Part shown: positions 9,844-19,874 of the stretch, piece by piece
How the letters are laid out: every line of letters begins with the position of its first letter
How positions within the stretch are numbered: position 1 is the stretch's first letter
The notes under the pieces: model-generated
What the model saw: only the letters and a program-made list of their open reading frames with translations
Told to the model about the DNA's origin: nothing
Databases searched by the model: none
Program-made: the position numbers and the translations under genes
Source: a virus
Reading direction: 5' to 3' (one strand)
UHGV virus genome: UHGV-0208829
DNA: 62,541 nucleotides

Positions 9844-10752
9844 TTACTGGTTGTTTATCGGTTTGGTGTTTTGGTTAAGTAATGTGTCGTATGCCATGAT
9901 AAAAGCGTCTTTACGTTTTGCCACGTCACATTTCTTAATTAGTCCACCTAAACGGGAGCGGTTAAATATCACGTTCTCTAAGCAAGTGCGGGTAATAACA
10001 AAGAGAGACGGCGGATATTCGATGGCGCTGGTAACAAGTTGACGATCGTAGCTAATAAAACTACCCAAGCTCGTTGCCAGCATACCTTGCAAACTTACTA
10101 CGCTGAGATCTTTTAAGCGTGCGGTAATGTCTGCAGCTTTTACCATCTCGACAAATTCACCGATATTGCGTGGGAACAGGAACTCTGTGTTTCCGGTAAC
10201 AGTTTCAAAAATCTGTGGTCCGAGGCGAAGTTCACGTTCTAACTGCTGCTGCATTCTTAACATTTTAACTTCATCTTCGAAGTTGTTGTAGAACTGTCCT
10301 ACGGAGAACAGGGCAGCGAGTGCCTTGACTTGACCACTTTGATATGGAGCAAGTGCGTAGGTGTGTTCAATTGCATCGCTAATCCACCTGCTGAAGATCT
10401 CATGGTGATAAGACATACGTGACATTAATGCACCGAGCTTATCATTGTTCCGTTTCCACACTAATTCCCAACGTGCTTCGTCGAGACGTAATTGGTGCTC
10501 AATGGGGTTACGGATTTTCAGTACGCCGTTTTTATCGAGCGTAGTGAAAGTTCGTGCGTCAACGTACACGTCATCACCGATGACGATCGGTAACGGGAAC
10601 GGTTTTACATCGGCGGTTTCGATAACGTAATGTACTTCGTCAGACTGCGCAACAGTCTGATTGACTTTACGCGCCAGTTCCAAATCCGCATGTAAGCGGG
10701 TAAGGTCTATGGTATTAAACGGAGTACCGTTGTAAGCGTTTTTGAGTGCCAT
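9844..10752 (-). CDS. hypothetical protein (302 aa)
   Basis: ATG start; co-oriented array. Confidence 0.55.
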   Translation of the reverse strand: MALKNAYNGTPFNTIDLTRLHADLELARKVNQTVAQSDEVHYVIETADVKPFPLPIVIGDDVYVDARTFTTLDKNGVLKIRNPIEHQLRLDEARWELVWKRNNDKLGALMSRMSYHHEIFSRWISDAIEHTYALAPYQSGQVKALAALFSVGQFYNNFEDEVKMLRMQQQLERELRLGPQIFETVTGNTEFLFPRNIGEFVEMVKAADITARLKDLSVVSLQGMLATSLGSFISYDRQLVTSAIEYPPSLFVITRTCLENVIFNRSRLGGLIKKCDVAKRKDAFIMAYDTLLNQNTKPINNQ

Positions 10753-10814
10753 GAGTATGATACCTTAGTATGACCCTTTTTCAAGGTCTTAAAGACTGAA
10801 TATGGAGACGTTCC

Positions 10815-12872
10815 ATGAGTTTTATTCCACGAAACGGCGCGCCGTTGAATAACAAGCAAGGGTGGCAGGATAACTCTGTCCCTGAACTTGCCCGGACCCC
10901 CACGGGTGATCCGATTCATAAGCCGCTGATCTTCACCTTTGCATCACGCGGGGTAGACGACGAGGCGTTCCCGTTATCCGGGGATAATGCATTGTCTCTG
11001 CTTGGTCGTGATTTGTTCGACCTGCGTGGCGATTACGCGACGTTCAACACACCTTTCCAGGCGATGTTTAATGCCAATGGTAACGAGTGTATGTATCAGC
11101 GTCTGGTGCCGGACGATGCGAAAGTCGCAGCTGTCCGCCTGGTGGCTGACGTCCTCGAAACCAAAGTTCCTTCATACGAGCGTGTGAACGGTGTTATCCA
11201 GTACGAAAGTAATGGTAAGCCGAAGAAGAAAGCGGACGTTGATGGCTTGAAAGTGGTTTTCCGTCTGCAAGTTGTCGAAGATGTAAGCACCCTGAAAACA
11301 GGTGTGGTTACTGAAGGGACAATGACCGACGAAACCACTAGCGCGAAATCAAAGCTCTATCCGATCTTCGACATTAAAGGCCCGTATGCGGGTGCTGATG
11401 TCAACGGTTTCGGTTTTAAACTGGTTCCGCTGAACGAAAAATCCAGCCCATCTATCGCGTCTGCTTATCAGACTAATGTAGGTGGACGTATGTACGCACT
11501 GCAATGGTTTGAAACCTTAGCAGGGGTTACATCGCCGGTAATTTGGAAGACCCTTAAAGGTCTCAGCAGCATCAATGTTAGCTTCAAGCCCGATGCATAC
11601 TATCAGCCGATGGCTACTCAACTGGACTTCGAAGTCGTTGTTCCAGATGCCTATCGTCAGACGATGCCAGACATCGGCGGTCTGCCGGACTACGGTCCTT
11701 TCGAAGAGTTCTACATTTACCGTGAAAACCTGGAAACTGTTCTAAAACTGGCACAGTCTAAAATTCAGAATGCGAAACCAGCGATTACCGATCCGTATAT
11801 GGTCGATATCTTCGGCGGTCTGGATTTAACCGGTCAAATGTACGATGGTCTGCAAGTTAGTCCATCTGATGAAGTGGGTAAAGTTGTCTTTTCTGCTTCT
11901 AACATTCACTATCTGCAGGGCGGTAGTGACGGGACGATGGGTAACGATGCTTACGACAAACTCGTGCGTCGTGAGATGAGCCAGTTCCCGGACGGCGGTA
12001 AAGTCCGTTACGATAATGAGCTGAAATATTCGTTAGGCTGTTTCTGGGACTCCGGCTTTAGCATGGATACCAAGAAAGTGCTGACCAATTTCATTGGCCG
12101 TTCTCGTAACACGTTCTTGACACTCTGTACTCACGTTTATAACGAAGGTCGTAACGACATACAAACCGAAGAGAACGTGAAGACAGCGTTGATCGAAATG
12201 ATTACGTCTGTGCCTGAGTCGTCTTATTACGGTACCCCGGCGTGCCGTGGGATGATTACTGGCCAGTCTGCGTTCATCCGTAACTCGAGCTACAAGAAAC
12301 CGGTTCCGATGTGTTATAGCATTGCGAACTTCTTCTCGAAGTATCTCGGTTCTGGTGAAGGGCGTGCGAAACCGGCGTATCGTTTCAGCCGTGGTGAAGA
12401 GACGATCATCGAAGATCTGTACGATTTGAGTATGCCGTGGAAAGGTAACGAGATTTATGCGTCCGACTGGGATGTGTCTCTGGTTACTGCACGTTCCCGC
12501 GACTACTATCGTTTGTTCATCCCAGCTATCCAGTCCATCTATAGCGAAGAACGTTCAGTGCTGAACAACGCACTGTTTAACTTCATCCTGACTTACGTTT
12601 ATCGTGTCAGTGATCAGGTTTGGGCAGATATGTCCGGTGAAAGCCGTATGACGGACGACGAACGCGCGAAAATGATTGAAAACAAAATCACCGAGCGTTT
12701 GGAAGGTCGCCTGGATAATATTGCCGACATTACTCCGAGTGCGTATATGACAGCGGACGATAAAGCCAATGGCTACTCTATCACGCTGGACATTAAAGCT
12801 GAAGGCGGTGTACTGTTGTCGCAGTTCAACACGACGATCAAAGTTTATCGTCGCGACAGTACGGAGAGCTAA
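10815..12872 (+). CDS. large structural protein, possible contractile tail sheath
   Basis: 685 aa, GGAG upstream; followed 4 nt later by a 291-aa gene and a strong terminator; call rests on size and gene order only. Confidence 0.35.
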   Translation: MSFIPRNGAPLNNKQGWQDNSVPELARTPTGDPIHKPLIFTFASRGVDDEAFPLSGDNALSLLGRDLFDLRGDYATFNTPFQAMFNANGNECMYQRLVPDDAKVAAVRLVADVLETKVPSYERVNGVIQYESNGKPKKKADVDGLKVVFRLQVVEDVSTLKTGVVTEGTMTDETTSAKSKLYPIFDIKGPYAGADVNGFGFKLVPLNEKSSPSIASAYQTNVGGRMYALQWFETLAGVTSPVIWKTLKGLSSINVSFKPDAYYQPMATQLDFEVVVPDAYRQTMPDIGGLPDYGPFEEFYIYRENLETVLKLAQSKIQNAKPAITDPYMVDIFGGLDLTGQMYDGLQVSPSDEVGKVVFSASNIHYLQGGSDGTMGNDAYDKLVRREMSQFPDGGKVRYDNELKYSLGCFWDSGFSMDTKKVLTNFIGRSRNTFLTLCTHVYNEGRNDIQTEENVKTALIEMITSVPESSYYGTPACRGMITGQSAFIRNSSYKKPVPMCYSIANFFSKYLGSGEGRAKPAYRFSRGEETIIEDLYDLSMPWKGNEIYASDWDVSLVTARSRDYYRLFIPAIQSIYSEERSVLNNALFNFILTYVYRVSDQVWADMSGESRMTDDERAKMIENKITERLEGRLDNIADITPSAYMTADDKANGYSITLDIKAEGGVLLSQFNTTIKVYRRDSTES

Positions 12873-12875
12873 TAG

Positions 12876-13751
12876 ATGTCTATTAAAGAACGCATGATTT
12901 TACCTGACCAGGGCCTCCACGTCGATGGCGGCCAGTACGATATGGTTAACCCCTTCTCGTCTGGTCAAAACGGTCCGGTCGGTCAGGTTGGTAAGTTCGT
13001 TACCAACGCCCACCGTCTGCGTCGTAACGTAATCGCACGTGTGATGGAATTCCCTCGTTGGGTTGATTACATGCCGAACCCACAACTGTGGCGTCAGGCA
13101 ATCAAATCCTTCATCGAAGTTCACACCACGATTACCGGCCTGGACAAATCCCTGAGTGCTGAGTACGTACAGACTCAGCAGGGACGTAACAACCGCGTTC
13201 AGTACGAAGCTGGTCTGGTAACGGAAGCACTGTCTTCGGTTACGCACACGACCCCGGATAAACTGGGTAAAGTGTATCAGAACATGCTCTGGGCGTGGTT
13301 GGTTTACGGTGTTTGTGATCCGCACACAGGCCACCCTGGTCTGGCGGCAATCAACCCGAACGTTCCTGACCACCTGCCGGATATGTACAGCATGACCGTG
13401 CTGTATTTCGAACCGGATGCGTATCAGCGTAAACCGCAGAACGCTTGGTGGCTGACGAACATGGCTCCTGAGTCTAACGGTCAGGATATCGGTGAACGTG
13501 ACCCGAACACCGGTCCTCAGACCAACGAACTGTCTATCACCTTCACCTCCCAGCAATGGACAGGTTGGGGCCCGATGCAGGCAGCTCAGAAAGAACTGGA
13601 GCGCATGAAGCTTTACGGCCTGCGTCCTTACGAACGCAAACTGTGGCTTACTCCGTCTCAACAGACCAACGGTATCAACCCAGACGTCGATGCTACGGCT
13701 GGCGGTTATCGTTCTGTGTCCGACGAGCAGATGGCAAATCAGCTTCGTTAA
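12876..13751 (+). CDS. structural protein, possible tail tube
   Basis: 291 aa, GGAGAG 8 nt upstream, tightly coupled to preceding gene; size and order argument only. Confidence 0.3.
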   Translation: MSIKERMILPDQGLHVDGGQYDMVNPFSSGQNGPVGQVGKFVTNAHRLRRNVIARVMEFPRWVDYMPNPQLWRQAIKSFIEVHTTITGLDKSLSAEYVQTQQGRNNRVQYEAGLVTEALSSVTHTTPDKLGKVYQNMLWAWLVYGVCDPHTGHPGLAAINPNVPDHLPDMYSMTVLYFEPDAYQRKPQNAWWLTNMAPESNGQDIGERDPNTGPQTNELSITFTSQQWTGWGPMQAAQKELERMKLYGLRPYERKLWLTPSQQTNGINPDVDATAGGYRSVSDEQMANQLR

Positions 13752-13752
13752 G

Positions 13753-13807
13753 CAAAAAAAATAAGTTTACCTACCTCCGTCAAGGAGGTAGGTAGCTTTT
13801 ATTTTTC
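13753..13807. terminator. bidirectional intrinsic terminator (copy 1 of duplicated element)
   Basis: A-tract, 10-bp stem acctacctcc/ggaggtaggt, T-tract; between convergent genes. Confidence 0.7.
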
Positions 13808-14356
13808 TTCTTGCGCCAGTTGTTTACGGGCAGAAGAACGAATAATTAAGTTTTTCATCTGCATTAACAGCAGGAACGTAGAGAGTAAATCGAACGTGGT
13901 GGGTGGGGTGTTGGTGGTGTCGCTGGGATAAGCAACACGCCACAGCGTTAGTTCTGTGTCGCCATTTCCTTTTTCGTTACGTATAATTTCGTTGTTGTGC
14001 AAGCTAACCAATTCAGATTCCAACGCTTCTAATACATCTTCACCGAACTCAATCCGTAAGAGCTGTTTGAAACGGATAACGTAACCGGCGACGACATTAC
14101 CGACTGAACTGCTACGTATCTCGGTTAAGAAACGCTGGTAGCCGTTGATAGTGTGTGGGATCGTTTCAGCAGGCCAGCCCGCGATGTGTGGAAACGCATC
14201 ACCTAAAGTGGCTTGCATAGACAACGTAAAGATTTCACCGATCTGGTTAAGATGGCTAATGACTTCTGTACGGTTCATGACATTAGGAAGCGGAACAGGC
14301 CGTTCTGTATTCGGCTTTTCTTGAGCCATGGGATAACCATCGAATAAGTTTTGCAT
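13799..14356 (-). CDS. hypothetical protein (185 aa)
   Basis: Track start 14377 is a non-ATG codon; internal ATG at 14356 has AGGAG 9 nt upstream. Confidence 0.55.
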   Translation of the reverse strand: MQNLFDGYPMAQEKPNTERPVPLPNVMNRTEVISHLNQIGEIFTLSMQATLGDAFPHIAGWPAETIPHTINGYQRFLTEIRSSSVGNVVAGYVIRFKQLLRIEFGEDVLEALESELVSLHNNEIIRNEKGNGDTELTLWRVAYPSDTTNTPPTTFDLLSTFLLLMQMKNLIIRSSARKQLAQEEK

Positions 14357-14373
14357 TGTTTTATCTCCTGAAA

Positions 14374-14420
14374 TCAAAAAAAAATAAGGCGGTCATAAGA
14401 CCGCCCTAGATTTTATTTTC
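14374..14420. terminator. hairpin with flanking A and T tracts
   Basis: Stem ggcggtc/gaccgcc (14388-14405), loop ataa, A-run upstream, T-run downstream. Confidence 0.45.
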
Positions 14421-14519
14421 TCCGTCGATGGCTCAGGTAAACCAGACCATCAATCGGTCTAGGTGGCCCTGGCTTCCGAGAAAGAGGTTGTTGCCATTTC
14501 GTAGGATTGATTTTCTCTT

Positions 14520-14548
14520 CAGGAACAAAAGCCCGATATAGTCGGGCT
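14520..14548 (-). terminator. intrinsic terminator for gene 14567..15049
   Basis: Stem agcccga/tcgggct with 5-nt loop; plus-strand A-run gives minus U-tract. Confidence 0.5.
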
Positions 14549-14566
14549 CCTGAAATAATGGCGATC

Positions 14567-15049
14567 TTATTCGTCGTCTTCGTCATCGCCTGCCATCATC
14601 GCGTCGGCAAACACTTTGCGCATTTTCCCTTCCAGCTCTTTTGACTTAGGTACACCGTAACCAAAGCCGATAGAAGCTGCCCATTCAGACGCCCCTACTG
14701 TTTCCCCAGTTGGACGTGAGAACACCGTAGAGAACGACGCGTTACCAATATTCGTGGTAAGGTCCAGTGCGACCAGTTCGTCGTCTGCTTTCGCTTTCTC
14801 AACGATAAGTTCTGATGCAACCTTACCGTAGACTTCCAGGAAGTTCGCATCGTGTTGGCGAACCGCATCCGCATCCTGTAGCGTCAGACGATAATCGGTG
14901 TCGTTCACTTTGATGACCGGAAGTGATTCTTCGTAGATTTTGATTAACGGGTCTGCGTTAAGTACCGCGCTTTCGTCCAGAGTCATTGCCGGAGTTTCCA
15001 GCGCATCGATCATTGCAGCCAGTTCTTTAGTAGACATTACTTGTGCCAT
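14567..15049 (-). CDS. hypothetical protein with acidic C-terminal tail (160 aa)
   Basis: ATG start; C-terminus MMAGDDEDDE. Confidence 0.55.
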   Translation of the reverse strand: MAQVMSTKELAAMIDALETPAMTLDESAVLNADPLIKIYEESLPVIKVNDTDYRLTLQDADAVRQHDANFLEVYGKVASELIVEKAKADDELVALDLTTNIGNASFSTVFSRPTGETVGASEWAASIGFGYGVPKSKELEGKMRKVFADAMMAGDDEDDE

Positions 15050-15068
15050 TTGATTTATTCCTTAAGGT

Positions 15069-15740
15069 TTACTGTTGTTGAAGACGGCTTTCTAAGCCAG
15101 TGATGATTTCGTCGGTGAAATACGCTAAGTCGAGCATTCCAACGTACTCTTGGCGTTCCAAGATTTCTTTCGCAAACAATGCGTTATACCAATCAGGAAC
15201 ACGAGATTTACCATTACGACCGAACTTATTTTGCACGTGACCGATTGCATGGAATTTTGAATCGGTAACGGATTTTCCATGGTCACGTGCGTATAAGTAA
15301 GAGCGGTGCATGTAATTTTTAACTTCTTCGACGGTAGGGATACCGCGATCGGCGGCAGCGACAATTTCAGAAACAATGGAATTATAACCGCCTTTGTGGG
15401 AACTCCGATGTTCTAATACTGCATACGCTACCTCGGTTACATCGTCGGAGGTAAGTTTAAAGCGACGTCTGAGAATAGGTGCAGAATCAAGCACGTAATT
15501 GAATGCTTTGATGTGGTGGGAGGCACGGTCAGCAGGTGTGGAGAAAATATCGTGCGCTGCCACAGCAACCAGAACATTCTTTAAGTGTTGAGTTTCGTTC
15601 AACAGGTAAGCGATACGAACAGCGTTCGACTTCACAGAAAGAATGTGGTCTAGTCGATGTGCGCTATCGGTATAGCGATAGAAATCGCGGAAGTGGCTAA
15701 GTACACGTTCCCAGAATTTATTAATTTCAGTAGCTTCCAT
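15069..15740 (-). CDS. possible HD-domain phosphohydrolase
   Basis: 223 aa; spaced H ... HD ... H ... D pattern (LDHILSV, AVAAHDIFS, SHHIK). Confidence 0.3.
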   Translation of the reverse strand: MEATEINKFWERVLSHFRDFYRYTDSAHRLDHILSVKSNAVRIAYLLNETQHLKNVLVAVAAHDIFSTPADRASHHIKAFNYVLDSAPILRRRFKLTSDDVTEVAYAVLEHRSSHKGGYNSIVSEIVAAADRGIPTVEEVKNYMHRSYLYARDHGKSVTDSKFHAIGHVQNKFGRNGKSRVPDWYNALFAKEILERQEYVGMLDLAYFTDEIITGLESRLQQQ

Positions 15741-15761
15741 TGATAATACCTTACAAGTCGA

Positions 15762-16151
15762 TTAAGAGAATGTGAACTGACAACGTGCCAACAGAATACG
15801 ATGGTTTTTCCAATCGTCAGGTTCTTGGATAATGTTTCGATAAAGGATATGGTCGGCGCTTACTACCTTTGCAAGCTCTTGCACCATATCCGGGAGCGTA
15901 GGTGCTTTTAGCCGATGCGCTTCACGCCACTTAGGAGACGCCATACGGCACAGAAACGCATCTTTAGGTACGATGGTATTGCTTTCCTCTTTTAACGTCT
16001 CTAAATGCGCCTCAACGCGTTTTACGTGGAGCTCAAGTGCTTGTGGGTCTGTTACAAAAGTACAGAATCTGTCATCGCGGCGTAAGCTACACAGAATCCA
16101 TAAGGTGAAGGGGTCACGACAAGCATTGATAAGTTCTTTTGACCATTCCAT
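15762..16151 (-). CDS. hypothetical protein (129 aa)
   Basis: ATG start, 1-nt gap to upstream gene. Confidence 0.5.
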   Translation of the reverse strand: MEWSKELINACRDPFTLWILCSLRRDDRFCTFVTDPQALELHVKRVEAHLETLKEESNTIVPKDAFLCRMASPKWREAHRLKAPTLPDMVQELAKVVSADHILYRNIIQEPDDWKNHRILLARCQFTFS

Positions 16152-16152
16152 C

Positions 16153-16542
16153 TTAGCTACCTACGCTAGAGAGCATCCAATTGTTTTTGATAGCGTTAAT
16201 TTGTTTAACTGATTCCCGAATACCTTCAAACATTTTAATGCGCTCTGGCGTAGTAAGACATTGTTTAAGGTCTTTATCGAGAGAGAACAACATTGCCAGT
16301 TTTGCAAGCGAAACACTCAAGATATCAGACAATTCGTTGTTTCTACGCCACTCTGGGTTACGGACGATAGTCACTAGAGGACCGATATCTTCACAAGAAC
16401 ATTCTTTGTTCAGTAGTTTGTCACGTTGCTCGCACAGATAAGTTTCATCTGTAATTAATCGTTCCAGGTCATCTGGACGCATGATAGCACGAGTAGAAAT
16501 CATTAATACAACAAACGGGTCTTTAAATAATTCGTTTTTCAT
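16153..16542 (-). CDS. hypothetical protein (129 aa)
   Basis: ATG start with AAAGGAG upstream. Confidence 0.5.
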   Translation of the reverse strand: MKNELFKDPFVVLMISTRAIMRPDDLERLITDETYLCEQRDKLLNKECSCEDIGPLVTIVRNPEWRRNNELSDILSVSLAKLAMLFSLDKDLKQCLTTPERIKMFEGIRESVKQINAIKNNWMLSSVGS

Positions 16543-16592
16543 TCTTAATACTCCTTTAGGTTAAACAGTCGAATAGCGTGTAATTCTACAAC

Positions 16593-16623
16593 GCTCACCT
16601 AAGTAAAATATATCTAAGATAAT
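16593..16623 (-). promoter_or_regulatory. weak variant of conserved promoter-like motif
   Basis: gctcacctaagtaaaatatatctaagataat shares CTCAC and ATATCT blocks with sites 1-3 but different spacing. Confidence 0.2.
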
Positions 16624-16639
16624 TTTCAATAGGGTTAAA

Positions 16640-16678
16640 ATAAAGGTGGGCTAGTCTATTCGATGAATAGACTAGCCG
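16640..16678 (-). terminator. intrinsic terminator for gene 16686..17237
   Basis: Perfect 12-bp stem ggctagtctatt/aatagactagcc, 6-nt loop, minus-strand U-tract. Confidence 0.65.
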
Positions 16679-16685
16679 AATGGTT

Positions 16686-17237
16686 TTACTGCACGCACAA
16701 AATCTGACCTGAGTATTCGAAGGGATTTTCTGCGAATGTTCTGAGTTGTCGGCAAATGGCGTCAACGTCAGGCTCATCCGTCCGCGTATAGATCGCGGTC
16801 CCGTTCTTTAACACCCACTCACGGCAATTCCGGCCATAGTCATCCACTAACAATCTCCCCTTATCAGCGTAAGTCGCCTTTTCTGCAGAGTTTGTGGTTA
16901 CGATAACTTTGTGACCAGGCACACCAAAGTGTTTCTCGAAGAATAATTTTTTACACTCAACAACACGGTCGTGATCGAAATGGTCTTCCGAACCCGACGT
17001 TAATATCGCCCAGCATTCCCCCAGACTTTCTACCGTTTCGAGGATTTTTGCAGCCTCGGGTATAGGGTCTAGTTTATAGAAAAGATCCGGGTCCTTTAAA
17101 TACATTTCCCGGACCAGTGCACGGCGGTGCAATTCCGGCATTCCATGAAATTCTTGTATGGACATTCCTTGAAAGTGGTGGGTCAACACGTATTTACGCC
17201 AACTCGCGAACACGCCGTCACTATCTAAATTGAACAT
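16686..17237 (-). CDS. HAD-superfamily hydrolase, 5'(3')-deoxyribonucleotidase-like
   Basis: N-terminal DSDGV (HAD motif I), downstream S/T, K and LLVDDYG (motif IV). Confidence 0.5.
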   Translation of the reverse strand: MFNLDSDGVFASWRKYVLTHHFQGMSIQEFHGMPELHRRALVREMYLKDPDLFYKLDPIPEAAKILETVESLGECWAILTSGSEDHFDHDRVVECKKLFFEKHFGVPGHKVIVTTNSAEKATYADKGRLLVDDYGRNCREWVLKNGTAIYTRTDEPDVDAICRQLRTFAENPFEYSGQILCVQ

Positions 17238-17304
17238 TTTTGATTATCCTTTTTGTAGAAGTTCCTCCGACACAATAACGGTAGAAATCGTAAAATAAAA
17301 AAAA

Positions 17305-17604
17305 TTAAGACTGCTTAATCGAAAGAATGAACCGAAACGGTTCAGTTAACAAGAGGTAAGTACGTGTAAAGTCGATTTCGGTACCGGCTTGACGCACATC
17401 GCAATAAAATTTCGCGATATCTTGTTGTGAAATACCTGCGACAATGTTGTTGACTTTACGTTTGGTGTCAAAACGTTCAGCGAGTATCGAAGAAAGCACT
17501 TCCTTTCCAGCACGCTCTTGAACGGCGTAGATTGTTAGTGCTTTCAATTCCTCAGGCGTTAAAGTTTGCAAAGTCGGAGGTATGGCAATGTTAACCACTT
17601 TCAT
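17305..17604 (-). CDS. hypothetical protein (99 aa)
   Basis: ATG start. Confidence 0.5.
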   Translation of the reverse strand: MKVVNIAIPPTLQTLTPEELKALTIYAVQERAGKEVLSSILAERFDTKRKVNNIVAGISQQDIAKFYCDVRQAGTEIDFTRTYLLLTEPFRFILSIKQS

Positions 17605-17653
17605 GCTTCCCTCACAATCGACAAATTCGGGTTGCAGACCATGAACTGGGCGA

Positions 17654-18292
17654 TTATGGAGTTACAGTGTATTCGTTTAACGCAGCGTCAAAAATACCCC
17701 GAGAGATTTCCTTTGCATCAGAAATCGTAATCTGAGGTTCCCGTTCACTACACGTTACAGTAAGTTCGTAGAATGAACCACCTTTTAATAGCTGGTTAGC
17801 ATTCAAACGAACGTCTTGGTTAAGCGCTACTGCTAACGTGTGGGTGTATCCGTTGTTTGCCAGTCGAACTAAACGCAGTTCACCGACCAAACTGGGTTTA
17901 ATTTCCCAGTTCGATAAGCGGTGAGGAACAATCCACACTTCATTAGCGCGGTAAGGCTCAGCCGACAGTTCTATCGAGGGCTGGACAACATCACGTTCGT
18001 CGAACCCATACAGATAAAAACGTGGCACAGCGGTTGCGGTTTCCGCAGGTGTAAAGTAACGACGGACACCACGCAGGCAACGTTCTAAATCGACAGAGCA
18101 GCAAATACGGGGTACCGTTTTGTCTTCGTCTCTGTAAACGCTATAAGGAACCCGAGGTGTGAAAACCGAAATCTTTCGATCGCTGATATGTAACGGGGCG
18201 CTATCTAACTTTTTCAAAGAAACTTTCTTTGCGGTGCGCGGCAGTTGTTGCTCTAACCACTTCACCAACGAAGGTTCAATAGTATCAGCCAT
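17654..18292 (-). CDS. hypothetical protein (212 aa)
   Basis: ATG start; stop abuts next gene. Confidence 0.55.
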   Translation of the reverse strand: MADTIEPSLVKWLEQQLPRTAKKVSLKKLDSAPLHISDRKISVFTPRVPYSVYRDEDKTVPRICCSVDLERCLRGVRRYFTPAETATAVPRFYLYGFDERDVVQPSIELSAEPYRANEVWIVPHRLSNWEIKPSLVGELRLVRLANNGYTHTLAVALNQDVRLNANQLLKGGSFYELTVTCSEREPQITISDAKEISRGIFDAALNEYTVTP

Positions 18293-19096
18293 TTACCACT
18301 TCCCGTTACCTAAACCCATAACACGCAGGTTAGTTTTCTTATTAGCGATGGCCAGGTACTCCTGCGCTAACGCACGAACTTCACCACGACGAGATTCTGT
18401 CGCGATGGTAGACGTGGTGTTAGGATTTCGCAGAATGTCCTCCAGCGCCTGGAGGGAGACGCGACGGTCCAGCAGAACGCGTGTGGATTCTTGAGCCACT
18501 TTACTACCGCGTTGAATCGCAGAGTATTTGTTACAAATCTGCAACCCGTCTTCGATAACCCAGTCAAACGTTACCAGGCGATCCAGGCGACGTGTTTTCA
18601 CACCACCTACATAACCTTCACGTACGATTGCACGCAGAGAGAAACATACATTCTGGTGTGGGTTTTCGAGCGCTTCTGCTAAGTACGGACCACGTTCGCG
18701 GTTCGGCTTAACCCAGCCCCAGATTTCCATAACCGGTAACCCGTTACAGGTTTGGTCGGTTGGAATCACTTCAACTTCACGAATGTGCATACAGACGTTT
18801 TTCGTCTCAATCCATTCGTTGCGATCAATCCATTGCGCTTCGGTCATACCGGGTTCTGGTGCCGGGTGATCTTCTTCCCCGAACAGATTCCCTGCTTTCA
18901 CTTTACGCATAAAGATGTTCGAGCGTTCGAATACGTGCTTAGACTCGTTATAGGCGTAAAAAATCCCTTCCGAGTTAAAGATATTCAAAGCACCCAATAG
19001 TACGCGGTAATAACCATCCGCGTCTTTCTCCAGTGTGGCTGGAGCGTTAACACCGGCTAACGCTACGCAGTTGTAACGCAGTGTTAAATTGTCCAT
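18293..19096 (-). CDS. hypothetical protein (267 aa)
   Basis: ATG start. Confidence 0.55.
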   Translation of the reverse strand: MDNLTLRYNCVALAGVNAPATLEKDADGYYRVLLGALNIFNSEGIFYAYNESKHVFERSNIFMRKVKAGNLFGEEDHPAPEPGMTEAQWIDRNEWIETKNVCMHIREVEVIPTDQTCNGLPVMEIWGWVKPNRERGPYLAEALENPHQNVCFSLRAIVREGYVGGVKTRRLDRLVTFDWVIEDGLQICNKYSAIQRGSKVAQESTRVLLDRRVSLQALEDILRNPNTTSTIATESRRGEVRALAQEYLAIANKKTNLRVMGLGNGKW

Positions 19097-19127
19097 TGTT
19101 TTCCCCGAGTAAAAGTAAAAGGTAAGA

Positions 19128-19856
19128 TTACCTCATAAACAAATCTTCGAGCGGTTCGGCACGCACCGGGTCAACCTGTAGCGCAGAACGAATACCACGT
19201 TTAAGTTCTACGTCTGCAAGTTTCGCCAGTCTCGACGTTTTGTTAAGTGAACCACTGCGCAATGGAATAAACTGCACAGGGTTGTTAAGATCGCTATCTT
19301 TCTTCAGCGTGTAACGGAAGAACGTTCTCGGATCACCTACTTTACGCTGCGTGTGCGCTGCGTAAACGTCAGCGGTAATCTGATCGGCAAATACAGTAAA
19401 ACCGTTCCATTTCTTGACTTTATCAGGTGCCAAGAGTTCAGCATCATCCGCTGCAGTAAACCAGAAAGGACGATTACCAAAGTCGTAAATATACGACGCA
19501 ATGTTGTAAATAGGGTGAGACAACACCTGTAAATTGCGGTTGGGGAAAACCACTGTACCGGGATCAAAACGAAATTCGTAATAAGGAACACCAAAGACGT
19601 CGATCTCTTCAAACGCCGTTGGGGTAATCTCCATAAGCGTTGTAACGCTGGACACCCCATATGTTTTACGGTCGGTAGAAATCGCAAAGATCCCTACAAT
19701 TGTTACCGTAGAAGAAATAACCGCCAACTCTTTCGCCACAAACCCAACGGGGATGTAAATGTAACACCCCCCTTTGGTAGTGGTGACCGTGCCGTTATTT
19801 ACCAAGTCCGCATGAACCTTAGTAGGGTCACGACGGGCTGTTTCAATCGCACTCAC
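19128..19856 (-). CDS. hypothetical protein (about 242 aa)
   Basis: Track start 19862 is GTG abutting the SD; GTG at 19856 has AGGAGG about 5 nt upstream; no in-frame ATG nearby. Confidence 0.45.
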   Translation of the reverse strand: MSAIETARRDPTKVHADLVNNGTVTTTKGGCYIYIPVGFVAKELAVISSTVTIVGIFAISTDRKTYGVSSVTTLMEITPTAFEEIDVFGVPYYEFRFDPGTVVFPNRNLQVLSHPIYNIASYIYDFGNRPFWFTAADDAELLAPDKVKKWNGFTVFADQITADVYAAHTQRKVGDPRTFFRYTLKKDSDLNNPVQFIPLRSGSLNKTSRLAKLADVELKRGIRSALQVDPVRAEPLEDLFMR

Positions 19857-19874
19857 GATCACCTCCTAAGCGCG

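Noticed and set aside
12900-13661. 253-aa antisense ORF inside the putative tail tube gene
   Set aside because: Fully nested antisense to a well-supported gene with SD and terminator; Arg/Cys-rich low-complexity translation typical of spurious reverse frames.
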